Below, one piece after another: positions 9,667-18,827 of a DNA stretch of 44,339 nucleotides. A program made the position numbers and the translations under genes. Location: NCBI GenBank assembly GCA_016839815.1, contig JAEOTM010000088.1, forward strand, positions 1 through 44,339. Direction: 5' to 3'. This DNA is from Candidatus Hodarchaeota archaeon (GTDB lineage Archaea > Asgardarchaeota > Heimdallarchaeia > Hodarchaeales > Hodarchaeaceae). The notes beneath the pieces were generated by a model. It made no database searches. It was not told the DNA's origin and worked only from the letters and a program-made list of their open reading frames with translations. Each line of letters starts with the position of its first letter. Position 1 is the stretch's first letter.

Positions 9667-9984
9667 ATGAGTTCTGATTTTAAAGGATGGTCTAATCTTC
9701 CTAAATCCGTTAAACTGTTAGATATTTCAATGATTGGTTACGGAATATTATTTATTATTGCGTTCGCCCTATATTATTTCATTCTAGATCGAACTGTTCA
9801 AAATCTTATGCCAATATTCCTTGTAGCTATACTACTCATATTTACATGGAATTATCGTTCCAAACTGCTTTCACTTTCTAAGCAAGAAGTCCAAAAGAGA
9901 TATTTCCGTGAATGGTTTATTCTTTCTACAATCATTATAATTCTAATCGTATTACTTATTTTTACTTATCCAGTAACTTATTAG
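9667..9984 (+). CDS. DAD1/Ost2-like oligosaccharyltransferase subunit
   Basis: 105 aa, 3 TM; LPKSVKLLD and KRYFREWFILSTII parallel DAD1 as recalled (TPQRLKLLD, ERAFADFLFASTIL); GGTGA RBS. Confidence 0.6.
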   Translation: MSSDFKGWSNLPKSVKLLDISMIGYGILFIIAFALYYFILDRTVQNLMPIFLVAILLIFTWNYRSKLLSLSKQEVQKRYFREWFILSTIIIILIVLLIFTYPVTY

Positions 9985-10049
9985 TAAATCCTTATTTCCA
10001 ATAAATCAAACATAAGTCTCGTAAATGAATTCTCTGGTTGAGAATTTTT

Positions 10050-10122
10050 TCACTTATGATGAAGTTATCCCCGAATGAGTTGTTTATGCAACGATGAACT
10101 CATGAAGAGCCGTCTGAGGTGA
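10050..10122 (+). ncRNA. Box C/D sRNA (dual 2'-O-methylation guide, predicted large-subunit rRNA targets)
   Basis: Terminal stem TCACT/GGTGA; C box ATGATGA 10056-10062; D' ATGA 10075-10078; C' ACGATGA 10091-10097; D box CTGA 10114-10117; guides complementary to conserved LSU motifs GGGGAUAAC and CGGCUCUUC. Confidence 0.82.
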
Positions 10123-10166
10123 TTATCAATATATTTACTAATTTTATTGAAGGTGTATGACCTATC

Positions 10167-10457
10167 ATGAAAATAGATTTAATGGAAATACTGGCTTGCC
10201 CGATCTGTAAAAATGAAAATCTTAAACTTATTGTAATAAAAAAAACGGATGAAGAAGTTGAAATAGGGCTCATTACCTGTACGGAATGTTCTAGATTTTA
10301 TCCAATAAAGAAAACTATTCCCATCATGCTTCCTGACGATTTACGGGATTTGGAAGCAGATAAACGTTTCTTACAGAAAAATAAAGACTCAATTCCCGAA
10401 TATATCTTAAAAGATGGAAAACCAATATCCCTCGTACAGAAAAATGATGAAGAATAA
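10167..10457 (+). CDS. trm112: Trm112-like methyltransferase activator
   Basis: LMEILACPICK..GLITCTECSRFYPI..IPIMLP. Confidence 0.85.
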   Translation: MKIDLMEILACPICKNENLKLIVIKKTDEEVEIGLITCTECSRFYPIKKTIPIMLPDDLRDLEADKRFLQKNKDSIPEYILKDGKPISLVQKNDEE

Positions 10458-10458
10458 A

Positions 10459-10677
10459 TTATTCCTCTCCAGAAGCAAAAACTCTAATTGCTTGAACTGG
10501 ACATACAATTTCACATGCACGGCATTCGAAACATTTTTCTGGAGTTATGATTTCTAAAGACCGTTTAGGTGATTTTTCTGATTTTGGAGTAGAAATAAGG
10601 ATTTCTGCTGGACAGCTTTTACTACACTTCCAGCAAAAAATACAAAGATCTTCGTCTAAATCGATCTTTGGGGGAAT
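10459..10677 (-). CDS. 2x[4Fe-4S] ferredoxin, 72 aa, apparent ATT start (not in the ORF track)
   Basis: Hand translation: (I/M)PPKIDLDEDLCIFCWKCSKSCPAEIL..EKCFECRACEIVCPVQAIRVFASGEE*; two intact CxxCxxCxxxCP motifs. Confidence 0.85.
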   Translation of the reverse strand: MPPKIDLDEDLCIFCWKCSKSCPAEILISTPKSEKSPKRSLEIITPEKCFECRACEIVCPVQAIRVFASGEE

Positions 10678-10685
10678 TCTTTTCT

Positions 10686-10692
10686 ACCTCAC
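10686..10692 (-). promoter_or_regulatory. Shine-Dalgarno-like GTGAGGT 8 nt upstream of the ferredoxin ATT codon, overlapping the ribophorin I stop codon
   Basis: Similar GGTGA/GAGG motifs precede the ATG starts at 514, 9667 and 44176. Confidence 0.55.
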
Positions 10693-12752
10693 TTTGTTAG
10701 TAGGTTTCTTAACTCAATTAAGACCTTATCAATTTCGTTATTTGCCTTTCTAAGTTTATTATCATAGTCGATCTTTAGTTTAGCATAAGCTTCTTTACCA
10801 ATACGACCTTGAGTCTTCTTCTTTTCGAGGGATTCAATATTTAATAAATAATCCTCTCTACTTGCTTCCGCAACTTCAATCGATCTCATTGATAATCTTA
10901 TACGTGGATTATCCTCTGCGAGTTTCCTTGAAACTGAGACAATTGTTCGATCGTTCTGTTGTTGCTGGTTTCGTAAAATAATCTTGGTTTGTTCATATTC
11001 TCTAGCGCTAATATTTTTAGATTTTCGCTTTCGATCCAACCTAAGTATTTGCTCTCGAATTGCAGTCTTCTCTTCATATGACTTGACAAAACTTTTGATC
11101 AAATCTAATGGAATTTCATCAAGTGCTAATTTAGAGGGCTTATATCCAAACGATAGGTTTCTAATAAGAGCATACGCAAGACCAATTAATAAAAAGAAAA
11201 TTGAAAAGGAAAGTGGAGTATAGAGCTGGTTTAATGGGCTCAGTCCGTATTCAATTTTCAGCTGATTATTACTAAGTGGGGTGAGTTCTTCAAAAGTGAA
11301 TCGGTATCCTCTACTATTAAATATTCCTAAGAATTGAGTTTTCTGGATAGATACCACTGAAACAGGATTACGTAAAGAGCTTTCATAAGCTGCTTCACTA
11401 ATTTTGTCTTTGTTTAAGGAAGAACCAAATGGGAATAATATCTCAAGCTCATAATTCTGTACTGTACAATTAAAGCTCACGGATAGGTCTGTTCGCAGCT
11501 GAACTTTTCCCCCACCAAGATTATTAAGCACCTTAGTTGAGGGTTGTATATAAGTTAGTAAGATATGATACTCAGCACCCTGTTCTATTTGAATTCGGGG
11601 TTTAAACTCAATAGTTTTCTTCTGAGTTACTGTATCTTCGTTAACTAGTGGAGTAATATTTCCATAGTTATCGGTAATTCCAATTTTACGTGCTGAATTT
11701 GGAGCATTAAATGTTAATGTTGGAAAAGTAATACCTCCAAGAGCAGTTGATAAAATGGGACCAGATTGTAAACCTATATTTTTTAACGTGATAGCTTGCT
11801 TAGTGTATACAGTTCCCCATTCTGATACCTCAATAGTGGTCACTAATGAAGTAAATGTCATAAATGTCCCACCAACTTGATAATAATCAAATATTAAAAT
11901 GTCTGTCATGTTTTCTGCAATATTCTGTCTGTAAGCAGGAATGAAATTTCGGTTTGAAAGTGCAGTAAGGTTATAACTACCAAATTCAGATCGGTTTAGT
12001 AGTTCACGGTTAATTGAAGTTAATTCTTGAATATCTTCATATTTTAAAACAGTAGATTCTAGTTCAACCGCACCCGTAAAGTTAGCTTTTGTGGGACTTA
12101 AAGTATCATTATTTATTTTCATAGAAACATCCGCACCCACTCTCCAATCTAGATTGAATGAAGTAATGGGAATGGTTATTAAAGGAAGAAAACTTAAATT
12201 AAAGTGATAGGGATATTCACCTTCCAGGAGTTCTTCTTTTTCATCATAAGTTATGGCATTAGGATGATCCATTTCCATAATTAGGGTGACTTGCTCTTCA
12301 AAACCCACGGTTGGAAACTGTATTACAAACTCTGTTGTCTCATTCCCCATGTAGAAATCATAAGTTGTATTCTCTATCTCTGTATCATTTTTTGAATAAA
12401 GTCTGAAATATTTTGATTCATTATACTCTAATGTTGGTAGAGTATAATTTAAAGCGTTAATTTCACTTGTACCATTGCTTGATATCTGTATCTCTGTTTT
12501 TGATGAAGTATATCCATATTGGTTTGCTGTTATGGTTCTATCCACGTTGATAAGGTGACTGGTGTTCGTAAATTCAGTGATATTAAAATACATTAAATTT
12601 GTGACATCGAGATTAATGATATCACTGTTCACTGAATCGGTGGTAGAATTCGCTTCCCCAGTATCTGCTTGGGTTTCAGCGATTAAGAATGTCGATGTAA
12701 TAACTAATGCGAGTAGCAAAAAACGCAAACCGTTTCCTAGGATTTTCTTCAT
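10689..12752 (-). CDS. Ribophorin I (Ost1/RPN1)-like oligosaccharyltransferase subunit
   Basis: Signal peptide; VDRTIT..YG and LVTTIEVSEWGTV..ITLKNIG (RPN1 IEVSHWG-type motif); one TM; cytosolic helical tail; many NxS/T sequons. Confidence 0.78.
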   Translation of the reverse strand: MKKILGNGLRFLLLALVITSTFLIAETQADTGEANSTTDSVNSDIINLDVTNLMYFNITEFTNTSHLINVDRTITANQYGYTSSKTEIQISSNGTSEINALNYTLPTLEYNESKYFRLYSKNDTEIENTTYDFYMGNETTEFVIQFPTVGFEEQVTLIMEMDHPNAITYDEKEELLEGEYPYHFNLSFLPLITIPITSFNLDWRVGADVSMKINNDTLSPTKANFTGAVELESTVLKYEDIQELTSINRELLNRSEFGSYNLTALSNRNFIPAYRQNIAENMTDILIFDYYQVGGTFMTFTSLVTTIEVSEWGTVYTKQAITLKNIGLQSGPILSTALGGITFPTLTFNAPNSARKIGITDNYGNITPLVNEDTVTQKKTIEFKPRIQIEQGAEYHILLTYIQPSTKVLNNLGGGKVQLRTDLSVSFNCTVQNYELEILFPFGSSLNKDKISEAAYESSLRNPVSVVSIQKTQFLGIFNSRGYRFTFEELTPLSNNQLKIEYGLSPLNQLYTPLSFSIFFLLIGLAYALIRNLSFGYKPSKLALDEIPLDLIKSFVKSYEEKTAIREQILRLDRKRKSKNISAREYEQTKIILRNQQQQNDRTIVSVSRKLAEDNPRIRLSMRSIEVAEASREDYLLNIESLEKKKTQGRIGKEAYAKLKIDYDNKLRKANNEIDKVLIELRNLLTK

Positions 12753-13214
12753 TCATAAAAACTCCGTAATATTCGTACAATCAACTTTAGAATCCTTTAG
12801 ATTAAGCTTCTATGCAATCTTTAAGTTTACTCCTTAAATTTAAGGAATAATACTGAATGGTTCTCGTTTTTCAGAGTGTAATATATTTTGTTCTTATTTT
12901 ATTCTATGATTATTTGAGAATTCATTATGAATGACGGTGTTGATTCAAGTAAAAATTGAGTAACAGGTCATAATTGTGTATCTTGTCATTACTCGTACTC
13001 TTACAGAAATTACAGTAATCCACACAGCTTGGAATCCATTTTCTGATAATTATTTATTTTTTAAGAATGTTAATTGCCATAATTTAGTTCTAAAGATGAA
13101 AATAACAAAACATTGCCAATACCTTGAAATTTAACTGTTATAGCAATAGAAAAAAAATAAATGAATTGCATTTTTCCCTTTAAATAAGGTTAAAATCAAG
13201 GATATTCAGATTTA

Positions 13215-13234
13215 GAATTGAATTGAATTGAATT
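13215..13234 (+). repeat. Perfect (GAATT)x4 tandem repeat upstream of secY
   Basis: Read directly from the sequence. Confidence 0.8.
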
Positions 13235-13257
13235 CCACCTCTGAGTGAACTTGATAT

Positions 13258-14805
13258 ATGGACTTAACCTTCGAGGTTTTCATAATGACATCTAGATTTC
13301 TACAAGCTGTTCGACCCTTCATGTCAATTACACCTGAGGTTGTAAAACCTACTCGTGAGGTTCATTTCAATGAAAAAATGATCTGGACTTTTGCTGCTCT
13401 TGTAATATACTTTGTTATGACTTCTACACCCATTATTGGTGCAGATTTAGGACAAGGTGATCCTTTCGCATTTATGAGGACAATCACTGCATCAACTCAG
13501 GGATCACTTGCAGAATTAGGGATAGGGCCAATAGTGACTGCTGGATTAATTATGCAAATCTTGGTGGGATCAAAGATTATTAATGTCAATATGGGAGACC
13601 CAGAGGAAAGATCGCTGTATACTGGTGCTCAAAAAGTCATGTCTGTGTTAATGACTATCATAGAAGCAGGAGCATTCCTTATAGGTGGGACCTACGGTAC
13701 AGACCTGTCTGCTAGTGCACAGTTAGGAATTATATCACAATTATTAGCTGCTGGAATAATCATTATTTTACTAGATGAGATGGTCCAAAAAGGATGGGGT
13801 TTAGGATCTGGAATATCGTTGTTTATTGCCGGTGGAGTCGCACTACAAATCTTTCAAGGATTATTTGCACCAAACAATATCTTGGAAGGCCCAGGTCCAA
13901 CTGAAGATAAAGTTACTTCCGCACGTGGGATTGTACTGGCCTTTATCTATTGGTTACAACAAAAAGGACCATTAGCAGCAATAGGAAACCTATTCTTCAG
14001 ATATAATACTAATCCTGCTCACAGCCTTAATTTACCATCGTTATCGATCCTCTCTGTAATTGCTACAATTGTTGTATTTATTATCGTGATCTATTTCGAA
14101 TCTATGCGAGTCGAAATACCGATTTCTTATGCACAATATAAAGGAATAAGATCCACATATCCAATAAAATTGCTTTACGTGTCAAATATTCCGGTAATTT
14201 TAACATCAGCTGTTTTTGCTGATGTATATTTTATCGCCCAGATGGTATGGAATAGTTCAGGAAAAGAGAATTCGACTAGCCTTTTAACTCAAATTTTGGG
14301 TACATTTCGATTAGACCAACAAGCCGAACAATACGTACCAACAGGAGGCCTAGTCTACTTTTTAACCCCTCCGCGCTCATTAATTGGAGATCAAGGTGTT
14401 CTCAACTTTGCAGATCCTCTGAGTTCTATCACACGAGCATTTATTTATGCTATTATCCTGATTCTTCTCTCAGTGGTCTTTTCAATGATGTGGCTAGAAA
14501 CTGCTGGTATGGGCCCAAGAGATGTAGCGAGTCAATTTCTCCAATCAGGTATGCAGATGCCTGGATGGAGACGGAGTAAAAAAATTGTTGAACGACGTCT
14601 AGAAATGTATATTCCCACTATTGCAGTCATTGGAGGACTTTTCATTGGAGTTCTTGCTGCATTTGCAGATTTTCTAGGAGCTATCGGTTCAGGTATGGGA
14701 ATTCTTCTTTCTGTAAGTATTATGAGGCAATACTTTGAGTTAATCAGTAAAGAACGAGTTGCAGAAATGAACCCAGCTTTACGTGGATTCCTTGGGATTA
14801 GCTAA
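13258..14805 (+). CDS. secY: Preprotein translocase SecY/Sec61alpha
   Basis: GSLAELGIGPIVTAGLIMQIL, LDEMVQKGWGLGSGISLFIA, YPIKLLYVSNIPVIL, GSGMGILL; true start may be ATG 13285 (GAGGT upstream). Confidence 0.96.
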   Translation: MDLTFEVFIMTSRFLQAVRPFMSITPEVVKPTREVHFNEKMIWTFAALVIYFVMTSTPIIGADLGQGDPFAFMRTITASTQGSLAELGIGPIVTAGLIMQILVGSKIINVNMGDPEERSLYTGAQKVMSVLMTIIEAGAFLIGGTYGTDLSASAQLGIISQLLAAGIIIILLDEMVQKGWGLGSGISLFIAGGVALQIFQGLFAPNNILEGPGPTEDKVTSARGIVLAFIYWLQQKGPLAAIGNLFFRYNTNPAHSLNLPSLSILSVIATIVVFIIVIYFESMRVEIPISYAQYKGIRSTYPIKLLYVSNIPVILTSAVFADVYFIAQMVWNSSGKENSTSLLTQILGTFRLDQQAEQYVPTGGLVYFLTPPRSLIGDQGVLNFADPLSSITRAFIYAIILILLSVVFSMMWLETAGMGPRDVASQFLQSGMQMPGWRRSKKIVERRLEMYIPTIAVIGGLFIGVLAAFADFLGAIGSGMGILLSVSIMRQYFELISKERVAEMNPALRGFLGIS

Positions 14806-14849
14806 AGTTATTGCGAATCCATTTCCTTATCTCTTTTTCCCTGTTCTCC

Positions 14850-16232
14850 TCATTGCATGGATACTGAGACTCCAAAAGATTTTTTTCCCACAGGTTCTTT
14901 AGCTTTTAATAATATTAAGATTCCAATGAGGGCGAGACTGAAAAGAAAGAGTAAAGATTCTAACAATCCAGTTACTTCCATAATTTGTCCAAGGATGCTG
15001 AATCCAAGTGTATAAATGATCAGAGTAATCGTATTCTGATAGGACTCCTGGGAACTTCGATATTTTGAAGTAGTTATATCGTAGTATAATTGCCAATAAA
15101 GACTGGAAGTCAAACCACTGACAATTAATCGAATTAAAAATAAAGAAATGATTATTATGATCTTCCAAGAGGAATTGATCTTTAAAAGCAGGATGAATAA
15201 AAAAGAAATCCAAGCAAATGGGAAATTTAGTGTGTAAAACACAACTAATCCCTTACGGGGGGATTTAATAAAAGACGTAAACCGTCCTGAAAACTTACTC
15301 GATACTCCATAGGCAAAATCTGTAATGGAATTGACTAGAGATAGAATCAAAATTGCAGCGGATGTAAAATCTATTCTAAAGTAGCTTCCATTTAGAACAG
15401 TTTCTGATGACATCAAATAATACACCAGCAATGGAAAAATAACTGTGGAGAACGATAATGAAGTAAAATTTAGAAGTCCAAAGCTAAGGAAAAAAGGGGA
15501 AATCTCAAAATATTTTCGATGTAAACTCTCACTAAGATTCCGAAGTGAGAAAGAACTAATAGTTTTTGTATTTGTTATTATAGATCTATCTTGTTGATAT
15601 CTCTGGGGATTAGAATTCACCATTATTGCGAATCCGAATATAAGTCCCAATGCTGCAATAATACCTTGAAAGAAAAATATCAACTGGGGAGGAAGATGAG
15701 CTTGGAATAATAAAAATCCCCCAATAATTGTAACAGAGGAAACAGAGATCATTTTAACAAAACGAACATTTCCCATCGTATTTCGGAAGAGATTATCATT
15801 TTTTTCGGTTTTTTCTACAAGAAAACCCCATGAATTTAGAAACCAAGCCATATATGAGCCTGAAAGAAGAGCAGAAAAAATACCAACTAAAATTTCGAGA
15901 CATAGAAGTTGTAATGAGTTTGTGGCGAAAATTAAACCTAAATAGTATATCGTTAAGCATCCTAAAGCACTACAAAATGCTCCTCTCTGACCAAACCTAT
16001 CAGTTAGAACTCCCAGAGGTAAGTCAAGGACAATACTGAATACTGTCCCAATAGCAACAATGCTTCCAAAAATCGCATATGACCCAAGAATTGAAATATA
16101 ATACAAAGAAATCCATGTATGACTAAGATAGATAACCGTAATAATGAGTTCGAGACAAAAAAACTTCAATATTAGGTTTTTCAACTCTTCAGGATAATTA
16201 TTAACTCCAAGTAGTGTGTCAACATACAACAC
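14850..16232 (-). CDS. MFS transporter
   Basis: About 12 TM; motif A GVLTDRFGQR; GTG start with GGTGA RBS. Confidence 0.85.
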   Translation of the reverse strand: MLYVDTLLGVNNYPEELKNLILKFFCLELIITVIYLSHTWISLYYISILGSYAIFGSIVAIGTVFSIVLDLPLGVLTDRFGQRGAFCSALGCLTIYYLGLIFATNSLQLLCLEILVGIFSALLSGSYMAWFLNSWGFLVEKTEKNDNLFRNTMGNVRFVKMISVSSVTIIGGFLLFQAHLPPQLIFFFQGIIAALGLIFGFAIMVNSNPQRYQQDRSIITNTKTISSFSLRNLSESLHRKYFEISPFFLSFGLLNFTSLSFSTVIFPLLVYYLMSSETVLNGSYFRIDFTSAAILILSLVNSITDFAYGVSSKFSGRFTSFIKSPRKGLVVFYTLNFPFAWISFLFILLLKINSSWKIIIIISLFLIRLIVSGLTSSLYWQLYYDITTSKYRSSQESYQNTITLIIYTLGFSILGQIMEVTGLLESLLFLFSLALIGILILLKAKEPVGKKSFGVSVSMQ

Positions 16233-16265
16233 GCACTAACTCACCTTTGAAGTCCATTATTCTCT

Positions 16266-17654
16266 TTAATATGCATGTGTAAGTTGCTGTGCAATCCCAG
16301 AAACCAAACTAAAGTTAATAATTGGATAAGATTGGGAATTAACCTCTCCACCTGATATGATGACGAGATATGGTATATTCCCCAATATCTTAGAATAATG
16401 AGCAAGATACTGCTGAAATCTGTCTCCCACAATCATCGCCCGATTACCACAATCAAAAAATAAACCAAATTTTGTATTAGTATCAATTAATGATGATAAG
16501 CTCTTATCTAGTAAGTTTTCAATGGTTACAGCACTCTGATTGCAAATGTATGATGAAACCTGGTCTTTTTGATTTGTAAAAAGCTTTTTAGCAACTTGAT
16601 TCGGCGCGGTAATTAAGGCGTGATTAAGATTCGGGTTTATTGAAAGACCATAAAGATTTTGACTCTTTTTATCATCTAATATACATAATGGCCTAAAGGG
16701 GTGATAATAAAAATACTTTTGAGTACATTCTTCAAGGATTTCTGGAGTTTTATCCATTTCATACAACCTCAAAAGAGATTTCGCTCCCCACTGACCATTT
16801 ATTCTAGGAATGAAACCACCGTCTAAATAACTGTCAAGAGAAAAGGATTTTGTGTAATCTACTTTTGCTCCAGTGTCAGTTTTACTCATAAACCTCAATT
16901 CAGGAGAACTTAATGAAATAAATGCCATTGAATCTTTGTATGCTTTAAAATTATGAAATTGGTATGATTTCTTCATCGTAATTGGATCTACACCAAATGT
17001 TCCCGTATAATGAATACCTCGTTCATATAATTCTTGAAATAATGGCCATGCTGATGAATAGGAAATTCCTATTCCACTTAAATTCATGAGAAAATTAACT
17101 AATTTCCCAAAGATGCGTGAAATAGCAGGAATATCTCTCCATATTCGATTATTCAAAGCAAAAAATGGATTAAAACCTTGAAGCTTATGATTCAATAAAT
17201 TTACCATAAGCTTTGGAAATCCCAGTCCAGGGGGAAAGAAAATAAAGGTTGTAGAGGAATTCTGCTCTAATTCTTTAGTTTCGATATCTATACATTCTTT
17301 TAACACTCGTTTTGTTTTTGCTCTATTTCTTATTCGAAAACGTCTCACAAGACTTGTTCTAATGGAAATACCTGAAAAAAGCATAATTGCTGCTCCTTTC
17401 AGGCCATAATCAGTTTTGCTAGCTATCCCAATTCCTGAACATCCGGCTAATGGAGTATTTGGATACTTCTTTTTAATGATCTTTAAGGATTGGTTATAGA
17501 CTTTCTTACCACCAAAATGAGTCCCTGTAAAGAACAGTATCCCAGTTGGTTTCGAGTTTAAATCGATTTCAGCTTGTTTAAGAGCAGATTCGGTCGCAAT
17601 TTTTAAATCGTGATTGATACACAAGCCAACAGAAGCTTTCATTCTATGAATCAC
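16266..17654 (-). CDS. FIST-domain sensory protein (divergent, with a hydrophobic insert)
   Basis: N-terminal PTGILFF..YPNTPLAGCSGIG (FIST_N pattern); C-terminal GLFFDCGNR..GGEV (FIST_C pattern). Confidence 0.72.
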   Translation of the reverse strand: MIHRMKASVGLCINHDLKIATESALKQAEIDLNSKPTGILFFTGTHFGGKKVYNQSLKIIKKKYPNTPLAGCSGIGIASKTDYGLKGAAIMLFSGISIRTSLVRRFRIRNRAKTKRVLKECIDIETKELEQNSSTTFIFFPPGLGFPKLMVNLLNHKLQGFNPFFALNNRIWRDIPAISRIFGKLVNFLMNLSGIGISYSSAWPLFQELYERGIHYTGTFGVDPITMKKSYQFHNFKAYKDSMAFISLSSPELRFMSKTDTGAKVDYTKSFSLDSYLDGGFIPRINGQWGAKSLLRLYEMDKTPEILEECTQKYFYYHPFRPLCILDDKKSQNLYGLSINPNLNHALITAPNQVAKKLFTNQKDQVSSYICNQSAVTIENLLDKSLSSLIDTNTKFGLFFDCGNRAMIVGDRFQQYLAHYSKILGNIPYLVIISGGEVNSQSYPIINFSLVSGIAQQLTHAY

Positions 17655-18093
17655 CTAAAGATTGTTTTCTGTCCATTACCAACCCTATACGTTTGGCTGT
17701 TCTGCTCATCTCAATTTCCATAAGTCCTGTGTTCGCTTTTGCATGTAAAATAGTAACTAAGATCCCAGAATTCCCAGTACGATAGAAATACACTGGAAGT
17801 GATTCATTGTGTTCGATATTTTTGTTGTACTTAATAGATTTTGCACCATGCTTAAGTTCCTCCTTTGTTTTGGAGATTATATCCTTTACCCATTTGATAA
17901 CAATTAACAGGGAACTAGAGGTTTTTGTTTCATAAAAAGATGAAAGAACTCTACCATCTAAGCGAAATAGAATCGTAGCTTTGACATCTTGGAATGTAAA
18001 AAGATGCTTGGCCTCTGTTTGAATAGATGCAATAGCTTTGGTTAAAGTTGAAGCTTGGACATCTATCTCAAGTTGTGGAAATGTCATATACAA
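17644..18093 (-). CDS. Roadblock/LC7 (MglB/LAMTOR2-like) domain protein
   Basis: VKATILFRLDGRVLSS and GILVTILHAKANTGLMEIEMSRTAKRI match roadblock N- and C-terminal patterns. Confidence 0.78.
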   Translation of the reverse strand: MYMTFPQLEIDVQASTLTKAIASIQTEAKHLFTFQDVKATILFRLDGRVLSSFYETKTSSSLLIVIKWVKDIISKTKEELKHGAKSIKYNKNIEHNESLPVYFYRTGNSGILVTILHAKANTGLMEIEMSRTAKRIGLVMDRKQSLGDS

Positions 18094-18817
18094 TGAGTCC
18101 TTTTTCTTTTTGAAAACCGATTGGTTGAGGAGTTTCGGAATGAGATGACCCTCTAAATTTTCTGATGCTTAAGGTACGGTTATATATTCCCCCTAAACCA
18201 ATGTGTTCTAGTTCTATAATGGAATCGGATAGAAAAAGAGGGATTCTTGCTAATACATCCCCAAACCCTTTTTCTAGTGTCACTACAGCTGTTCCGATTT
18301 CCCTAAGAGAAGAAAAAATTCGATTAATAGCATTTCGTTGTTGGTTTGGATCTGAGATTTCCAGAAGTAACGGGGTTAAAGGATCAATGGCTATTCTTAT
18401 TCCTCCAGTGTACTTTGAGGCTGTTTCCTTGATTACTTCAAGATACTTCGGAAGTTCATTCATAAAAAATCTGAGACCAATTTCTCCTGACGTTAGTTCC
18501 GAATCAACATTAAATGCAACCTGAAATTGCAGGCTCCCTTCTCTATATTTCTTATTAAAATTATTCAATCCAATATCGCTACAATCTCGCATTACTGACT
18601 TGATATTTTGTTCTAAAGATACATAAAGCGCTGGAGAATGGAGGTCATCTGAAACATATTGCCAACAGAACGTGGATTTCCCACAACCAGGATCTGCGAT
18701 AATTACATTTACCGAATGTTCTCGAAATCCTCCATTCACAAGACGATCAAAACCAAGTACTCCGCTAGGGATTCTTGAAGATTGTACATTTGTCGTTTTT
18801 CTCAATAATTTCTGCAT
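18068..18817 (-). CDS. Single-domain KaiC/RAD55-like ATPase
   Basis: RIPSGVLGFDRLVNGG, Walker A ADPGCGKS, YVSLEQ, Walker B RIAID, RTLSIRKFRGS. Confidence 0.88.
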   Translation of the reverse strand: MQKLLRKTTNVQSSRIPSGVLGFDRLVNGGFREHSVNVIIADPGCGKSTFCWQYVSDDLHSPALYVSLEQNIKSVMRDCSDIGLNNFNKKYREGSLQFQVAFNVDSELTSGEIGLRFFMNELPKYLEVIKETASKYTGGIRIAIDPLTPLLLEISDPNQQRNAINRIFSSLREIGTAVVTLEKGFGDVLARIPLFLSDSIIELEHIGLGGIYNRTLSIRKFRGSSHSETPQPIGFQKEKGLIVYDISTT

Positions 18818-18827
18818 TTATAATTCC

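Noticed and set aside
10547-10753. 68-aa plus-strand ORF
   Set aside because: Antisense to the ferredoxin and the ribophorin I 3' end, which have clear motifs
18068-18817. Circadian clock KaiC
   Set aside because: Single domain, no phosphosite pair, and no kaiA/kaiB nearby
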